Source: an uncultured delta proteobacterium
Lineage (GTDB): Bacteria; Myxococcota; Myxococcia; Myxococcales; Myxococcaceae
Direction: 5' to 3'
DNA: 64,000 nucleotides
Assembly: GCA_963776345.1 (NCBI GenBank)
Contig: CAVZMH010000003.1
Span: 32,001-96,000 of the forward strand
In this document: piece by piece, positions 52,144 through 62,470 of the stretch
Layout: each line of letters opens with the position of its first letter
How positions within the stretch are numbered: position 1 is the stretch's first letter
Position numbers and translations under genes: made by a program
The notes under the pieces: generated by a model
What the model saw: the letters and a program-made list of their open reading frames with translations, nothing else
Told to the model about the DNA's origin: nothing
Database searches by the model: none

Positions 52144-54117
52144 GTGTCCGTGCCCCTCACACTCAAGGTCTTCAAGGGCCAGGCGATGGTCGCCGCGAAG
52201 GACTACGACCGCGACATCATCAAGATCGGTCGGCTCGCCTCGGCCCACCTCTGCCTCGACGACGACAAGGTCAGCCGCATCCACTCGGTCATCGAGGTCA
52301 CCCCGGACGGCAAGCTGTCGATCATCGACATGGGCAGTGTCGAGGGCACCTGGGTCAACGGGAAGCGGGTGAACAAGGGCGCGCTGTCCTTCGGCGACGA
52401 GATCCGGGTCGGGAACACGCTGATCAAGGTCGAGGACGGGGCGGCCGCCAGGGCCGCCGCCGCCCAGGCGCCGGCGCCGGCGGCCGCGCCGGTGCGCACC
52501 AACGGCAACGCAGGCTCTGCTGCCGCCGCGCTCTCCGAGGCGGCGCGCTCGGTCCCGGTGGCGAACGTCGCGCCGACCATCGCCCCGATCGGACCGCCGG
52601 CCCCCGTCGCGGCGCCATCCGCTCCGGCGCCGGTCGCGCCAGCGCCCGCCGCCGCGCCCGCTCCGGTCGCCGCGCGCGTCCAGGTTCCCCCCCGCGCGCC
52701 GGCTGCCGAGCGCGACTGGCCGGGCCTCGACGCGAGGCTGCGGCCGGTCCGCCGGCAGGGCGCCGGCCCGCTGGGGCTGGAGCTCCGGTTCCGCTGGGGC
52801 GATCAGATCGTCGCCGAGCACCTGCTCGGCCCGAAGCACAAGGGCGAGTTCAAGATCGGCAACGCCGCCGGGGTGGACTTCACCGTGGGCGACCAGAGGC
52901 TGGGCGGGCCGTCCTTCTCCCTGGTGAGCGCCGACGGCACCGGTAGCTTCACCCTCCGCATCACCGGACAGATGACCGGCGAGCTGGAGCGCAAGGGTCG
53001 CATCGTCACCCTGGTCCAGGCCATCGAGTCCGGGCTCGCGACGCACGACGGGGACGCGTACGACATCGCGCTCGAGCCGGACGACATCGCGCTCGTCGAC
53101 GTGGGCGGGGTGGTGGTGGACCTCTGCTTCCAGCCCGTCCCGCAGAAGGTGGCGGTCCCGCTCAGCGAGCGGCTGGACTGGACCGCGCTCAACGTCTTCC
53201 TGCTGGTCTTCTTCTTCGCCGGGCTCCTGGTCGTGGCGGCGGTCACCCGCCTCGCCTCGGGCGAGGAGTTCACCGACGAGCTCTCCGGCAACAACGCGGT
53301 GCTCACCAAGCTCCTGGTGAAGCCGCCGGAGATGCAGAAGAACCCCTTCATCGAGCAGCTCAACAAGGCCAAGGAGAAGGGCGAGGCGCCGGCGGCGTTC
53401 CAGGGCGCCGAGGGCCAGATGGGCAAGAAGAACGCCCCCAACCGTGACGCCAAGGCCTCGCCCAAGGCGATCGACCCCAACAGCAAGGACCAGGCGCGGC
53501 TCATCGCCCAGCGCATCTTCGGCGGGAAGGGCAACGCCGGCATCGCCGTCCTCTTCGGGCGGGCGGGCCTGGGCGGCAGCCTCCAGGCGGCGATGGGCCA
53601 CATGACCGGCTCCACCGTCGGTGACGCCGGCGGGGTGCTGGGCATGGGGCTCAAGGGCAGCGGGGGCGGTGGCGGCGGGACGGGCAACACCATCGGCATC
53701 GGCGCGGTGGGCACGCGCGGCGTGGCGGGCGGCGAGGGCAAGTACGGGACGGGCATCGGGATGGGGAAGAAGTCCAGCGCCGACATCTCCATCACCCAGT
53801 CGGACCCCGAGGTGACCGGCTCGATGGACCCCGAGCTCATCCGCCGCGTCGTCCGGAGCCACCACGACCAGCTGAAGTACTGCTACGACAACGCGCTCAC
53901 CCGGAACCCGAAGCTCACCGGCAAGGTGTCGGTGCGGTGGATCATCACCGAGGCCGGCACGGTGGCCTCGTCCAACGTGGTGAGCTCCACCACCAACACC
54001 CCCGAGCTGGACCGGTGCATCGCCGGCCGCGTGCTGACCTGGATCTTCCCCAAGCCCAAGGGCGGCGGCGTGGCGGTGGTCACCTACCCGTTCGTGTTCA
54101 AGCAAGCAGGGGAATGA
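52144..54117 (+). CDS. gltG: Gliding motility protein GltG/PglI (FHA + TM + TonB-C-like)
   Basis: IKIGR...VSRIH...DMGS..GTWVNG (FHA); TM helix; LKYCY...GKV.V.W.I...YPFVF. Confidence 0.92.
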   Translation: MSVPLTLKVFKGQAMVAAKDYDRDIIKIGRLASAHLCLDDDKVSRIHSVIEVTPDGKLSIIDMGSVEGTWVNGKRVNKGALSFGDEIRVGNTLIKVEDGAAARAAAAQAPAPAAAPVRTNGNAGSAAAALSEAARSVPVANVAPTIAPIGPPAPVAAPSAPAPVAPAPAAAPAPVAARVQVPPRAPAAERDWPGLDARLRPVRRQGAGPLGLELRFRWGDQIVAEHLLGPKHKGEFKIGNAAGVDFTVGDQRLGGPSFSLVSADGTGSFTLRITGQMTGELERKGRIVTLVQAIESGLATHDGDAYDIALEPDDIALVDVGGVVVDLCFQPVPQKVAVPLSERLDWTALNVFLLVFFFAGLLVVAAVTRLASGEEFTDELSGNNAVLTKLLVKPPEMQKNPFIEQLNKAKEKGEAPAAFQGAEGQMGKKNAPNRDAKASPKAIDPNSKDQARLIAQRIFGGKGNAGIAVLFGRAGLGGSLQAAMGHMTGSTVGDAGGVLGMGLKGSGGGGGGTGNTIGIGAVGTRGVAGGEGKYGTGIGMGKKSSADISITQSDPEVTGSMDPELIRRVVRSHHDQLKYCYDNALTRNPKLTGKVSVRWIITEAGTVASSNVVSSTTNTPELDRCIAGRVLTWIFPKPKGGGVAVVTYPFVFKQAGE

Positions 54118-54124
54118 CGCCCGA

Positions 54125-54772
54125 ATGAACCGCTCCCTCCTGGGGATGGTCGTGGTCCTCACCTCGCTGTGGGCCGGCCCGCTCCGGGCACAGGCCGCGG
54201 CGCCGATCCTCGCCGCCACCGAGCCGCCGGTGGACGAGGTCGCGCGTGGCGTCTTCTTCGGCCTGAACATCGGTCCGGCGTTCATGACCGCCGCGCCCGC
54301 CCCGAGCGGCGCGAACCGGCCCTTCAGCTCCGGGGCCACGCTCCGGCTCGACGTGGGGTACGACATCGGCCGTGTCGTCTCGCTGAGCCTCTTCTTCGCC
54401 GGGAACACCTACTCGGCCAACGCGGACTACGTCGGGAACTCCGGCGGGACGGCCTCGGGTGACTTCTCGAGCATCGCCACGGGTCTGGCGGTGCAGTGGA
54501 ACTTCCTCGGATTCGCCGACAGCCAGGGTGTCCAGCGAACCTGGCTGTACCTCAAGGGAGGAGGTGGGTTCGCGCTCCTCAAGCCCAACGCCCTCTTCGC
54601 CACCGACCCCACCGACAGCTACGGAAGCATTCTTGTGTTCGCCGGACCCGGGTTGCAGTACTACACGCGCCTTCGACACTTTTCGGTGGGCGTGGAGATC
54701 GTGGGTTCGTACCTGTTGAAGCCGAAGACGTTCGGCTTCGCCATCACGCCGAACCTGCGCTACGCCTTCTAG
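54125..54772 (+). CDS. cglE: Outer-membrane beta-barrel gliding protein CglE/GltH
   Basis: Signal peptide, amphipathic strands, YYTRLRHFSVG, terminal LRYAF; synteny. Confidence 0.85.
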   Translation: MNRSLLGMVVVLTSLWAGPLRAQAAAPILAATEPPVDEVARGVFFGLNIGPAFMTAAPAPSGANRPFSSGATLRLDVGYDIGRVVSLSLFFAGNTYSANADYVGNSGGTASGDFSSIATGLAVQWNFLGFADSQGVQRTWLYLKGGGGFALLKPNALFATDPTDSYGSILVFAGPGLQYYTRLRHFSVGVEIVGSYLLKPKTFGFAITPNLRYAF

Positions 54773-54783
54773 CGAGGGCAGCC

Positions 54784-56754
54784 GTGGCAGTGGACAGTGG
54801 ACAGGGACCTGGGCGCCCGGGGCAGGGGCGCCGCGGCGAAGGACCGGCAGGACGGGGCGGCGGTCGCGGGGACCGCGGCGGGCCCGGCGGCCGTGGCGGG
54901 CGGGACCGGGGTGATCGCCGTCGTGACGGCGGGAGCTCGGCTGGTGGACGCGTCGTCCCCGAGCTGTCGACGCTGGAGAAGGCGCTGGCCAAGGGGGACT
55001 TCGCGGCCGAGATCCACCCGCTCGACGCGGTGGTGAAGGCCCTCCGGCAAGCGCGGGCCCGCTCCCTCCAGGGTCTGGACATGGACACCCGGGGACGGCT
55101 GATCACCACTCTCTCCCGGGTGGCGCGGCAGACCAAGCCCGCGCCGGATGCGGACGCGCCGGCCGCTGCCGAGGAGGGCGCCGGCGCCACCGAGGTGCCG
55201 GCCGAGGCCGAGGAGGCCGTCTCGCTCACCGCTCCCACCGAGCAAGTGGCCGAGTCGTCGGGTATCGGCGAGGGCTCTCCGCCGCCGGAGCCGGCGACGG
55301 CCGAGCCGGTGACCACCCCGGCGGAGCCGGGCGCCGAGGCAGAGGCCGGTCCTGCGCCAGCGGCTCCGGCCGAGGCGGCCGGCGGCAACGGCGAGGCGCC
55401 CTCGCCGCCGAGCGCGGCCGGGGCGGCGGCGTTGACGCCTGCTCGGGCGTACGGCGAGGTGCTCTTCCGCGTGGGTCTGGCCTGGGCGGCGGTGGGCGAG
55501 CAGGAGCGCGCGGACACGGCGTTCGCGGCCGCCGGACGCCGTCCCTCGCCCGGTGAGCTTCGAGCCGCCGAGAGCGCGAGTGGCCCGGAGGCGCCGGCCG
55601 GCACCGGCGGGCCGGAGCGCCGCGGGGGACGCGAGCGCCCCGAGCGCCCCGAGCGCGGGGAGCGGCGCGAGCGGCCCGGACGCCCGGAGCACGCCCCCCG
55701 GGGTGAGCGCCCGGCGGCCGGCGCGGCGCGCGGCGGCCCGCCGGAGATCCCGCCCGAGCTGGCGGGCGACTGGAAGGGCCAGGCGGACTTCCTCGAGTCG
55801 CGCGGGCGCACCCGTGACGCGGCCAGGCTGTACGACAAGCACGGCTCCTTCGCGGACGCGGCGCGGCTGTTCGAGGCCGGGGGCGACCTGCGCTCGGCGC
55901 TGCGGGCTGCGCTCGCGGCCAAGGATCTGGAGCTCGGCCGGAGGCTGGCGACCCAGCTGCCGCCCGGGGAGGCACAGACCATCCTCGAGAAGGCGGAGGG
56001 CTGGGAGCTCCTCATGGAGCTGCACGTCAAGTCGGGCCGCTTCGACGAGGTGGCCAAGCTCTACGAGCGAGCCCGTCAGTTCGACCAGGCGGGACTCGCC
56101 TGGGAGCGCGCCGGGAAGCTGAGCGCCGCGCGGAAGGCCTACGAGCGCGCGCGCGACGTCGCGTCGGCCGACCGGGTGCGGACCCTGGAGGTCGACCGGC
56201 TGGTGGAGCGGGGCGACCGGCTCGGCGCGGCGCTGCTCCTGGTGCAAGGCCGGCAGCGGGAGCAGGCCGCGAAGCTGCTCGAGCCGCTGCCTCCGCCGAA
56301 GGCGTTCCGCTTCCTCCAGCAGCTCGGGCTGAACGCCGAGGCGAAGGCGCTGGGCGAGCGCGAGCTCCAGCGGGCGACCGAGGAGTCCAAGTCCATGGCC
56401 CGTGCACGGTGGCTCGAGCTGCTGGAGCGCCCTGCGGACGCGGCAGAGGCCTGGGAAGCGGCCGGCCGGAAGGACAAGGCCTTTCCGTTGCTCGAGAAGG
56501 CGGGCCAGTTCGGCCGCGGCGCGCGCCTGGCCGAGGAGATCGGGAGCCGCAACGAGGCGATCCGTCTCTTCCGCCGCGCCGGGGAGGACGCCGAGGCCGA
56601 TCGGCTCGAGGCGCTCCCACCGGCGCCGCCGCCCGAACCGATGCCCGAGCCGCCGGACCACGAGGGCGTGGGCTCCGCCGACCACCCCGCCGAGCAGGTC
56701 TCGCCGACGAGCGACGCTGCCGGAGAGGCCGGGGGCACATCGGACCACGTGTAG
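54784..56754 (+). CDS. Cytoplasmic alpha-solenoid (TPR/clathrin-like) protein with RGG-rich and acidic disordered regions
   Basis: Repeats AARLYDKHG, AARLFEAGG, AKLYERAR, AEAWEAAG; low-complexity linkers. Confidence 0.8.
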   Translation: MAVDSGQGPGRPGQGRRGEGPAGRGGGRGDRGGPGGRGGRDRGDRRRDGGSSAGGRVVPELSTLEKALAKGDFAAEIHPLDAVVKALRQARARSLQGLDMDTRGRLITTLSRVARQTKPAPDADAPAAAEEGAGATEVPAEAEEAVSLTAPTEQVAESSGIGEGSPPPEPATAEPVTTPAEPGAEAEAGPAPAAPAEAAGGNGEAPSPPSAAGAAALTPARAYGEVLFRVGLAWAAVGEQERADTAFAAAGRRPSPGELRAAESASGPEAPAGTGGPERRGGRERPERPERGERRERPGRPEHAPRGERPAAGAARGGPPEIPPELAGDWKGQADFLESRGRTRDAARLYDKHGSFADAARLFEAGGDLRSALRAALAAKDLELGRRLATQLPPGEAQTILEKAEGWELLMELHVKSGRFDEVAKLYERARQFDQAGLAWERAGKLSAARKAYERARDVASADRVRTLEVDRLVERGDRLGAALLLVQGRQREQAAKLLEPLPPPKAFRFLQQLGLNAEAKALGERELQRATEESKSMARARWLELLERPADAAEAWEAAGRKDKAFPLLEKAGQFGRGARLAEEIGSRNEAIRLFRRAGEDAEADRLEALPPAPPPEPMPEPPDHEGVGSADHPAEQVSPTSDAAGEAGGTSDHV

Positions 56755-56830
56755 CGTCTCTGTCCGCCCGCCCCCTGTCCTGCGGTACGAGCGCGGGGCC
56801 GGGCGGCCCTGGTAGATTCAGGGTCCTCCC

Positions 56831-57028
56831 TTGCTCGCTCTCTTCTCGAACCTGATCCTCGCGGCGCTCCCGGTGTCGCGCATCCTCCACCTGCAGCGCG
56901 CGGCCGCCCTGGCGACCATCATGGCGATGATCTGCACCGCGGTCATCGCCTGCGTGCCGCACGTCGCCGCGCGCGTCCGCGCCTCACGCCGGACGGCGGC
57001 GAACCGCCGGAGGCTCCGGAAGCGCTGA
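56831..57028 (+). CDS. Possible small membrane protein
   Basis: Hydrophobic core with a basic tail; TGgTAGATT extended -10 about 13 nt upstream of the TTG. Confidence 0.4.
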   Translation: MLALFSNLILAALPVSRILHLQRAAALATIMAMICTAVIACVPHVAARVRASRRTAANRRRLRKR

Positions 57029-57256
57029 GTCGCGGTCCGGCGCCTCCGGTCGTCGCGGGCACGCCGGAGCGTCTACCGGTAGAGCTGTGACCACGCGCAG
57101 CGCTGCTCGAGGTCCTCATCGATCGTGGACTCGTCCGCGTTCGAGATCCGCGCGCCGAGCTCGAGCTTTCCCCTCGCCAGAGCGACGGCGCCGAGCATGC
57201 TCCGCGGTGAGTCCGGGTCTTGCACCGTCGCGAGGTCTCGAAGCTCCCATCGAGCG

Positions 57257-59458
57257 TCAGCGGGTGGGTGGTGCGGACGGCGGAGTCCCTCCGTCGGGCC
57301 GGACGGTCGGCTGATCGCGCGGGCCGGGCGGGATCCACCGCTCGAAGAAGTCCACCAGCCTCCCGTAGAGGTAGAGCGCGTCGTCCTCGCGTGCGGCCCA
57401 GGCGTGCGTCGCGGTGGGGGTGAAGGCGAGCTCGAACTTCCGGTGCGCGCGGACCATCGCCTGGGCGAGCGTCACCGAGGTCTGGAACGGGACCACGTCG
57501 TCCGCCATGCCGTGGATGATCAGCAGCGGGTCCTGGAGGCCAGCGGCGTAGAGCGCGGCGCGGCCCCGTTCGAACACCTCGGGGTGTGTGGCCGGAGTCC
57601 GGGTGATGGCCACGTCGTCGCTCCCGTAGTAGCGCGGGTCCGTCGCCGGCGCGCCGGCCACGCCCGCCTGGAACAGCCCGGGCCTCTTGAAGAGCGAGAA
57701 GACGGTGAGGAGCCCGCCGTAGCTGCTCCCGAAGATGCCGATGCGCCCTCCGTCGACGAAGGGCAAGGACCTCATCCCCGCCACCGCGTCCTGGTAGTCG
57801 TCCAGGTCGGAGCGCCCCCACTCGAAGAGGAACTTCTCCCGGAAGGCGCGGCCGTACCCGGTGCTCCCGCGCGAGTCGACCTGGACCAGCACGTACCCGT
57901 GCTCGACCAGCAGCTGCATCAGCCCGCCGAAGCGCGGGTTCCACTGGTTGCGGACCGTGTTGCTGTAGACCGGGCCGAAGAGCACCGGGTAGCGCCGGCG
58001 CGGATCGAGGTCCGCCGGCACGACCATCCGCACGTGGAGCGGGACGCCGGCGCTGGTGCTCGGAAAACTCAGGTACTTCACCCGGCCCCACCGCACGCGC
58101 TCGAACTCGGGCGGAGGCGAGCGGGTGATCCGCCGCGTGCCGATGTACAGCTCGGTCGGCGCCGTGTCGTCGCTGTGCAGGAACGCCACCGCGCTGCCGT
58201 CCGGTGAGACGATCGGCCTGTTCCAGCCGGGGAGGGTGCTGACCCGGACCGGGGCGCCCCCGGCGGTGGGGATGCGCCAGACCTGCCGCTCCTCGGGCGC
58301 GGGGTCGTTCGACAGGTAGTGGATGACGCGCGCACCCGCCGGCGCGATGGCCGGGCCGAGCACGTCGTGGGGGCCGGAGGTCAAGGGCTCCAGCTGCCGC
58401 GAGCCGGGGGTGAGGAGGTACAGGCGGTACCACTCGTCGAGGTCGCCGGTCAGGAGGATGCGTCTGCCGTCGGGGTGCCAGGCCGAGGCGAGCTGGTTGT
58501 AGATGCGCGACTCCCGGTGGTCGGTCCACACCTCGGTCGGCGCCCCGGTCGCCGGGTCGACCAGGTGAACGGCCCGGTCGATCGAGTCGTCCGTCTCGCG
58601 GTCGACCAGGAGCTGGCCCCGCGAGGAGAAGGCGAGCGTCAGGAGGTGCCACCGGGTCGGCTCGGGCAGGGCGAGCAGCCGGAGGGTGCGGGTCGGCACC
58701 TCGACGAGCGCCACCGTTCGCAGCTCGTTCACCTCGCCCGGCGCGCCGCGGCGCACCCGGTCCAGCGTGGCCTCCGGGGTCAGGTAGTCGGGGATGGGGA
58801 AGGCGTGGACCTGCCGCCGGTCCACGTACTGGAGCGCGAGGTATTTCCCGTCCGGAGACCACGCCGGCGCGAGTCCCTCGTCCCACGCGCCCTGGCCCAG
58901 CTCGACGTCGGGGCGGTCGTACACGCCCCCGCCCTTGCCGATCGGCTTGACCGCCACCTGCGTGGCCCGCACCGGCGTCCCGCGCTCGAGCGGAAGGAGC
59001 CACAGGTCCCCGTCCTCGATCCAGGCGGCGGTGTGCCCATCCGGCGAGACCGAGAGGTTGCTCCGCTCGCCCGCCGCGGGCGCGAGCACCTCGGGCTTGC
59101 CGCCGCGCGCCGGGACGCGACGGAGCTCGCCCGCCTCGAGGTAGAGCAGCCGCTGCCCCGGGAGCCAGGCCAGCTCGGAGACGCCCGGGCTCCGCTCCTC
59201 GGTCAGCCGCCGCGGCCGCGTGCCGTCCCGCTCCACCACCCAGACCTGCCGCTCGGGCATGCCGTGGTCGTTCCAGAGGAAGGCGAGCAGCCTTCCGTCG
59301 GGCGACCAGAGGGGGTGGGCCGGGGCGGTCCCGAAGAGCGCCGGGCGGTGGGAGACGACGCGCTCGAGGGTGAGCGGAAGCGCGGGCTCGGCGCGCACCT
59401 GCGCGGCGGCGAGTCCGGGGAGGAGGAGCAGCAGCAGGCGCGTCCTTGCGCTGGACAT
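57257..59458 (-). CDS. Exported S9B dipeptidyl-peptidase-IV-like peptidase
   Basis: Signal peptide, WSPDG propeller repeats, GSSYGG, HGMADDVV, THAW (Ser-Asp-His). Confidence 0.92.
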   Translation of the reverse strand: MSSARTRLLLLLLPGLAAAQVRAEPALPLTLERVVSHRPALFGTAPAHPLWSPDGRLLAFLWNDHGMPERQVWVVERDGTRPRRLTEERSPGVSELAWLPGQRLLYLEAGELRRVPARGGKPEVLAPAAGERSNLSVSPDGHTAAWIEDGDLWLLPLERGTPVRATQVAVKPIGKGGGVYDRPDVELGQGAWDEGLAPAWSPDGKYLALQYVDRRQVHAFPIPDYLTPEATLDRVRRGAPGEVNELRTVALVEVPTRTLRLLALPEPTRWHLLTLAFSSRGQLLVDRETDDSIDRAVHLVDPATGAPTEVWTDHRESRIYNQLASAWHPDGRRILLTGDLDEWYRLYLLTPGSRQLEPLTSGPHDVLGPAIAPAGARVIHYLSNDPAPEERQVWRIPTAGGAPVRVSTLPGWNRPIVSPDGSAVAFLHSDDTAPTELYIGTRRITRSPPPEFERVRWGRVKYLSFPSTSAGVPLHVRMVVPADLDPRRRYPVLFGPVYSNTVRNQWNPRFGGLMQLLVEHGYVLVQVDSRGSTGYGRAFREKFLFEWGRSDLDDYQDAVAGMRSLPFVDGGRIGIFGSSYGGLLTVFSLFKRPGLFQAGVAGAPATDPRYYGSDDVAITRTPATHPEVFERGRAALYAAGLQDPLLIIHGMADDVVPFQTSVTLAQAMVRAHRKFELAFTPTATHAWAAREDDALYLYGRLVDFFERWIPPGPRDQPTVRPDGGTPPSAPPTR

Positions 59459-59486
59459 CCACGGATGCTCAGGTCCCGCCCCGGCC

Positions 59487-60941
59487 TTGGCAAGCGCGAG
59501 ATTGGTGCGGAGCATCGGCCTGGTCGGCCTGACCGCGACGGGCATCGCGTCGATGGTGGGCGCCGGCATCTACGTGGTGCCGTTCATGATCCAGCGCCAC
59601 GTCCCGGGCATCGGGTCCGGCGTCCTCCTGGCGTACCTGCTCGCCGCCGTGCCCGCGGTGCTCGCCGGCCTGGCCTACGCCATCCTCGCCTCGGCGATGC
59701 CGCGGGCCGGCGGGAGCTACGTCTATGCGAGCCGCGGGCTCAACCCGTACCTGGGCTTCATCGCCAGCTTCTCGCAGTGGTTCTCGCTCTGCGTGGCCAT
59801 CGGGGTGGTGAGCTACCTCCTGACGCCGTTCGTTCGCGACGTGGCGCTGGCCGCGGGGCCCGTCGACCTCGCCCGGGCGCTGGACCGGCCGGCGGTGCGC
59901 CTGCTCCTCCCGCTCGCCGTGCTCTGGTGCTTCGCCGGGGTGAACCTGCGCGGGCTCGAGGCGTACCAGCGCGTGCTCCTGCCGCTCCTGGGCCTGACCT
60001 TCCTGCTCGGCGCGGTGGTCATCGTGGCCGGGTTCGTGCTCGGCCCGGCAGCGAGCCCCCCGGCCCCGGCCGGCGCCGTCCCGGTCTCGCCCCGACCCGG
60101 GACCATCGCCACGGCGGCCGCGCTCCTCTTCTCCAGCTTCATCGGGTTCGACGCCATCGCCCAGGCGGGCGGAGAGGCGCGCGACCCCTCCCGCACCCTG
60201 CCGCTCGCCATCGGCCTGGCGATCGGGATCGTCACCGTCTTCTACGCCCTGTTCGCCGGCGCCGTGTACCACGCGGTGCCCTGGACGGTGGTCCGCGACG
60301 AGGCGCTCCGGCACGACACCTCGGCTGCGGCGCTCCTCGGCGCGCTGCTCCCCACGCCGCTCCGGGTCGCGGTGGTGGCGGGAGCAGCGGTGGCGCTGGC
60401 GAAGGACCTCCCGGCGATGCTGCTCGGCGTCTCGCGCCTGATGTTCGCCTGGGCTGAGGACGGCATCGTTCCCCGGGTGGTCGCCTCGGTGCACCCGCGG
60501 TTCCACACGCCCTGGGTCGCCATCGGGGTGAGCGCCACGGTCGCCTCGCTGGGCATCCTTGGCTGCCACCTGGCCGGAGACTTCTTCCTCGGGGTGGACA
60601 TCCTGGTCACCTCGATGCTGGTGAACTTCCTCCTGATGTGTGGCTCGGTGCTGGCGCTGCCGGGGCGGAACCCGGCTCTGGCCCGCGAGGTCAGGGTGCT
60701 CCGCTCGCGTACGGCCCAGCGGCTGGTCGGCATCTCCGGCATCGTGCTCCTCGGAGCGCTCCTGGTGGTGCACACCGCCCGCGACCTCGCGCCCTCCGGC
60801 CTGCCCTGGTACCTGCGGAGCACCCCGGTGTGGCTCGGGGTGATGGCGGTGGGCTCGGCCGTGTACTGGCGTGAGCTCCGCGTCCTGCGCCGGCGCGGGG
60901 TGAACGTGCAGGCGCTCTTCGCCGCGCTGCCTCCGGAGTGA
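59487..60941 (+). CDS. APC-family amino acid permease
   Basis: MVGAGIY, AMPRAGGSYVY, FIGFD..AQAGGEARDP, SRLMFA, HPRFHTP. Confidence 0.92.
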   Translation: MASARLVRSIGLVGLTATGIASMVGAGIYVVPFMIQRHVPGIGSGVLLAYLLAAVPAVLAGLAYAILASAMPRAGGSYVYASRGLNPYLGFIASFSQWFSLCVAIGVVSYLLTPFVRDVALAAGPVDLARALDRPAVRLLLPLAVLWCFAGVNLRGLEAYQRVLLPLLGLTFLLGAVVIVAGFVLGPAASPPAPAGAVPVSPRPGTIATAAALLFSSFIGFDAIAQAGGEARDPSRTLPLAIGLAIGIVTVFYALFAGAVYHAVPWTVVRDEALRHDTSAAALLGALLPTPLRVAVVAGAAVALAKDLPAMLLGVSRLMFAWAEDGIVPRVVASVHPRFHTPWVAIGVSATVASLGILGCHLAGDFFLGVDILVTSMLVNFLLMCGSVLALPGRNPALAREVRVLRSRTAQRLVGISGIVLLGALLVVHTARDLAPSGLPWYLRSTPVWLGVMAVGSAVYWRELRVLRRRGVNVQALFAALPPE

Positions 60942-60952
60942 AGGACGGACCC

Positions 60953-62402
60953 ATGGCCAGCATTCCTCGCCCCGAACGACGCGCGCTCGCTCCCGACCTC
61001 GACGTCTCCCGCATCGTGACCGGCCTCTGGCAGGTGGCGGACATGGAGCGCGACGGGCAACAGCTCGATCTCGACGCCGCCGCGCGGCGCGATGGCGCCG
61101 TACGCGCAGGCGGGCTTCACCACCTTCGACATGGCGGACCACTACGGCTCGGCCGAGGAAATCGCCGGACGGTTCGCGGCGAGCGGAGGCCAGGCGGAGC
61201 TCCTGACCAAGTGGGTCCCCGAGCCCGGGCCCATCCAGCGGGAGACGGTGCGGGCCGCGGTGACGCGCGCGCTCGGGCGGCTGCAGCGCGAGCGCATCGA
61301 CCTGCTCCAGTTCCACGCCTGGCGCTTCTCGGATCCGTCCTGGCTCGACGCGCTGTTCTTCCTGGACGAGCTGCGCGCCGAGGGGCTCATCCACCACCTA
61401 GGAGCGGTGAACTTCGACACGGCGCACCTCCGGGTGGCGCTGGCGAGCGGCATCCGCCTGGTCTCCAACCAGGTGGCGTTCTCCTTGCTCGACCGGCGCG
61501 CCGCGGGGCAGATGGCCGCGTTCTGCCGGGAGCACGGCGTGCAGCTGCTCGCCTACGGGGTGCTCGCCGGAGGGTTTCTCACCGAGCGCTGGCTCGACCG
61601 GCCCGCGCCGACGGAGGCCCAGCGGGCCACCTGGTCGGAGATGAAGTACCACCGCTTCATCGAGGTGGCGGGCGGGTGGGAGCGTTTCCAGCTGCTCGCC
61701 CGCGCGGTCGCCGCCGTCGCGCGGAAGCACGGGATCTCGATGGCGAACGTGGCTTGCCGGGCCATCCTCGACGAGCCCGCGGTGGCGGCGGTCATCGTCG
61801 GCGCGCGGCTCGGGGAACGCTCACACCTGGAGGACAACGCGCGGGTCTTCTCGCTCGCCCTCGACGAGGCGGACCGGAGAGCGATTGCCGCCGCGGCCTT
61901 GGGGCTCGCGCCGATCCCGGGCGACTGCGGCGACGAGTACCGCCGGCCGCCGTACCTGACCGCCTCCGGAGACCTGAGCCACCACGTCCGGGAGCTCCCG
62001 CCGCCGTACACGACGCGGGAGTCCGGGGGACGGACCTCGTGCTTCAGCGGGACCCCGTGGGAACCCCTCGCCGGGTACGCCCGCGCCGTGCGGAAGGGCT
62101 CACGGATCGCGGTCTCGGGGACGACGGCCTCTCACGGGAGCCGCTCCATCGGCGGATCCGACCCGGCAGCCCAGACGCACTTCGTCATCGACAAGCTGCA
62201 GGGGGCGCTGGAGTCGCTCGGGGGCCGGCTCGAGGACGTGGTCCGGACGCGGGTGTTCGTCCGCCGCATCCAGGACTGGGAGGCGGTGGCCCGGGCGCAC
62301 GGGGAGCGCTTCGGACACATCCAGCCGGCGAACACGCTGGTCGAGGCGGCACTGGTGTCGGAGGACGCCCTGGTGGAGATCGAGGCCGACGCCGAGCTGT
62401 GA
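60953..62402 (+). CDS. Aldo/keto reductase fused to a C-terminal Rid (YjgF) domain; frameshift near 61085
   Basis: GLWQ, FDMADHY, TKW, LQFH (AKR tetrad); then WE..AGYARAVR, VSGTT, VEIEADA. Confidence 0.88.
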
Positions 62403-62413
62403 GGGACCCCGAG

Positions 62414-62442
62414 TTGCCCTCGCCTGGCCGGGCTGCTATCCA
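62414..62442 (+). promoter_or_regulatory. Possible sigma70 promoter of the leader/ABC-F transcript
   Basis: TTGCCC-N17-TATCCA with an extended TG. Confidence 0.4.
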
Positions 62443-62470
62443 GCCGGTCGCGCCGTCCCGGCGGCGCCCC

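Noticed and set aside
52440..52700. Low-complexity GCC/CCG repeats (also 24961-25000 and 55630-55680)
   Set aside because: They encode Ala/Pro linkers, the GroEL GGM tail and ERP repeats within proteins.
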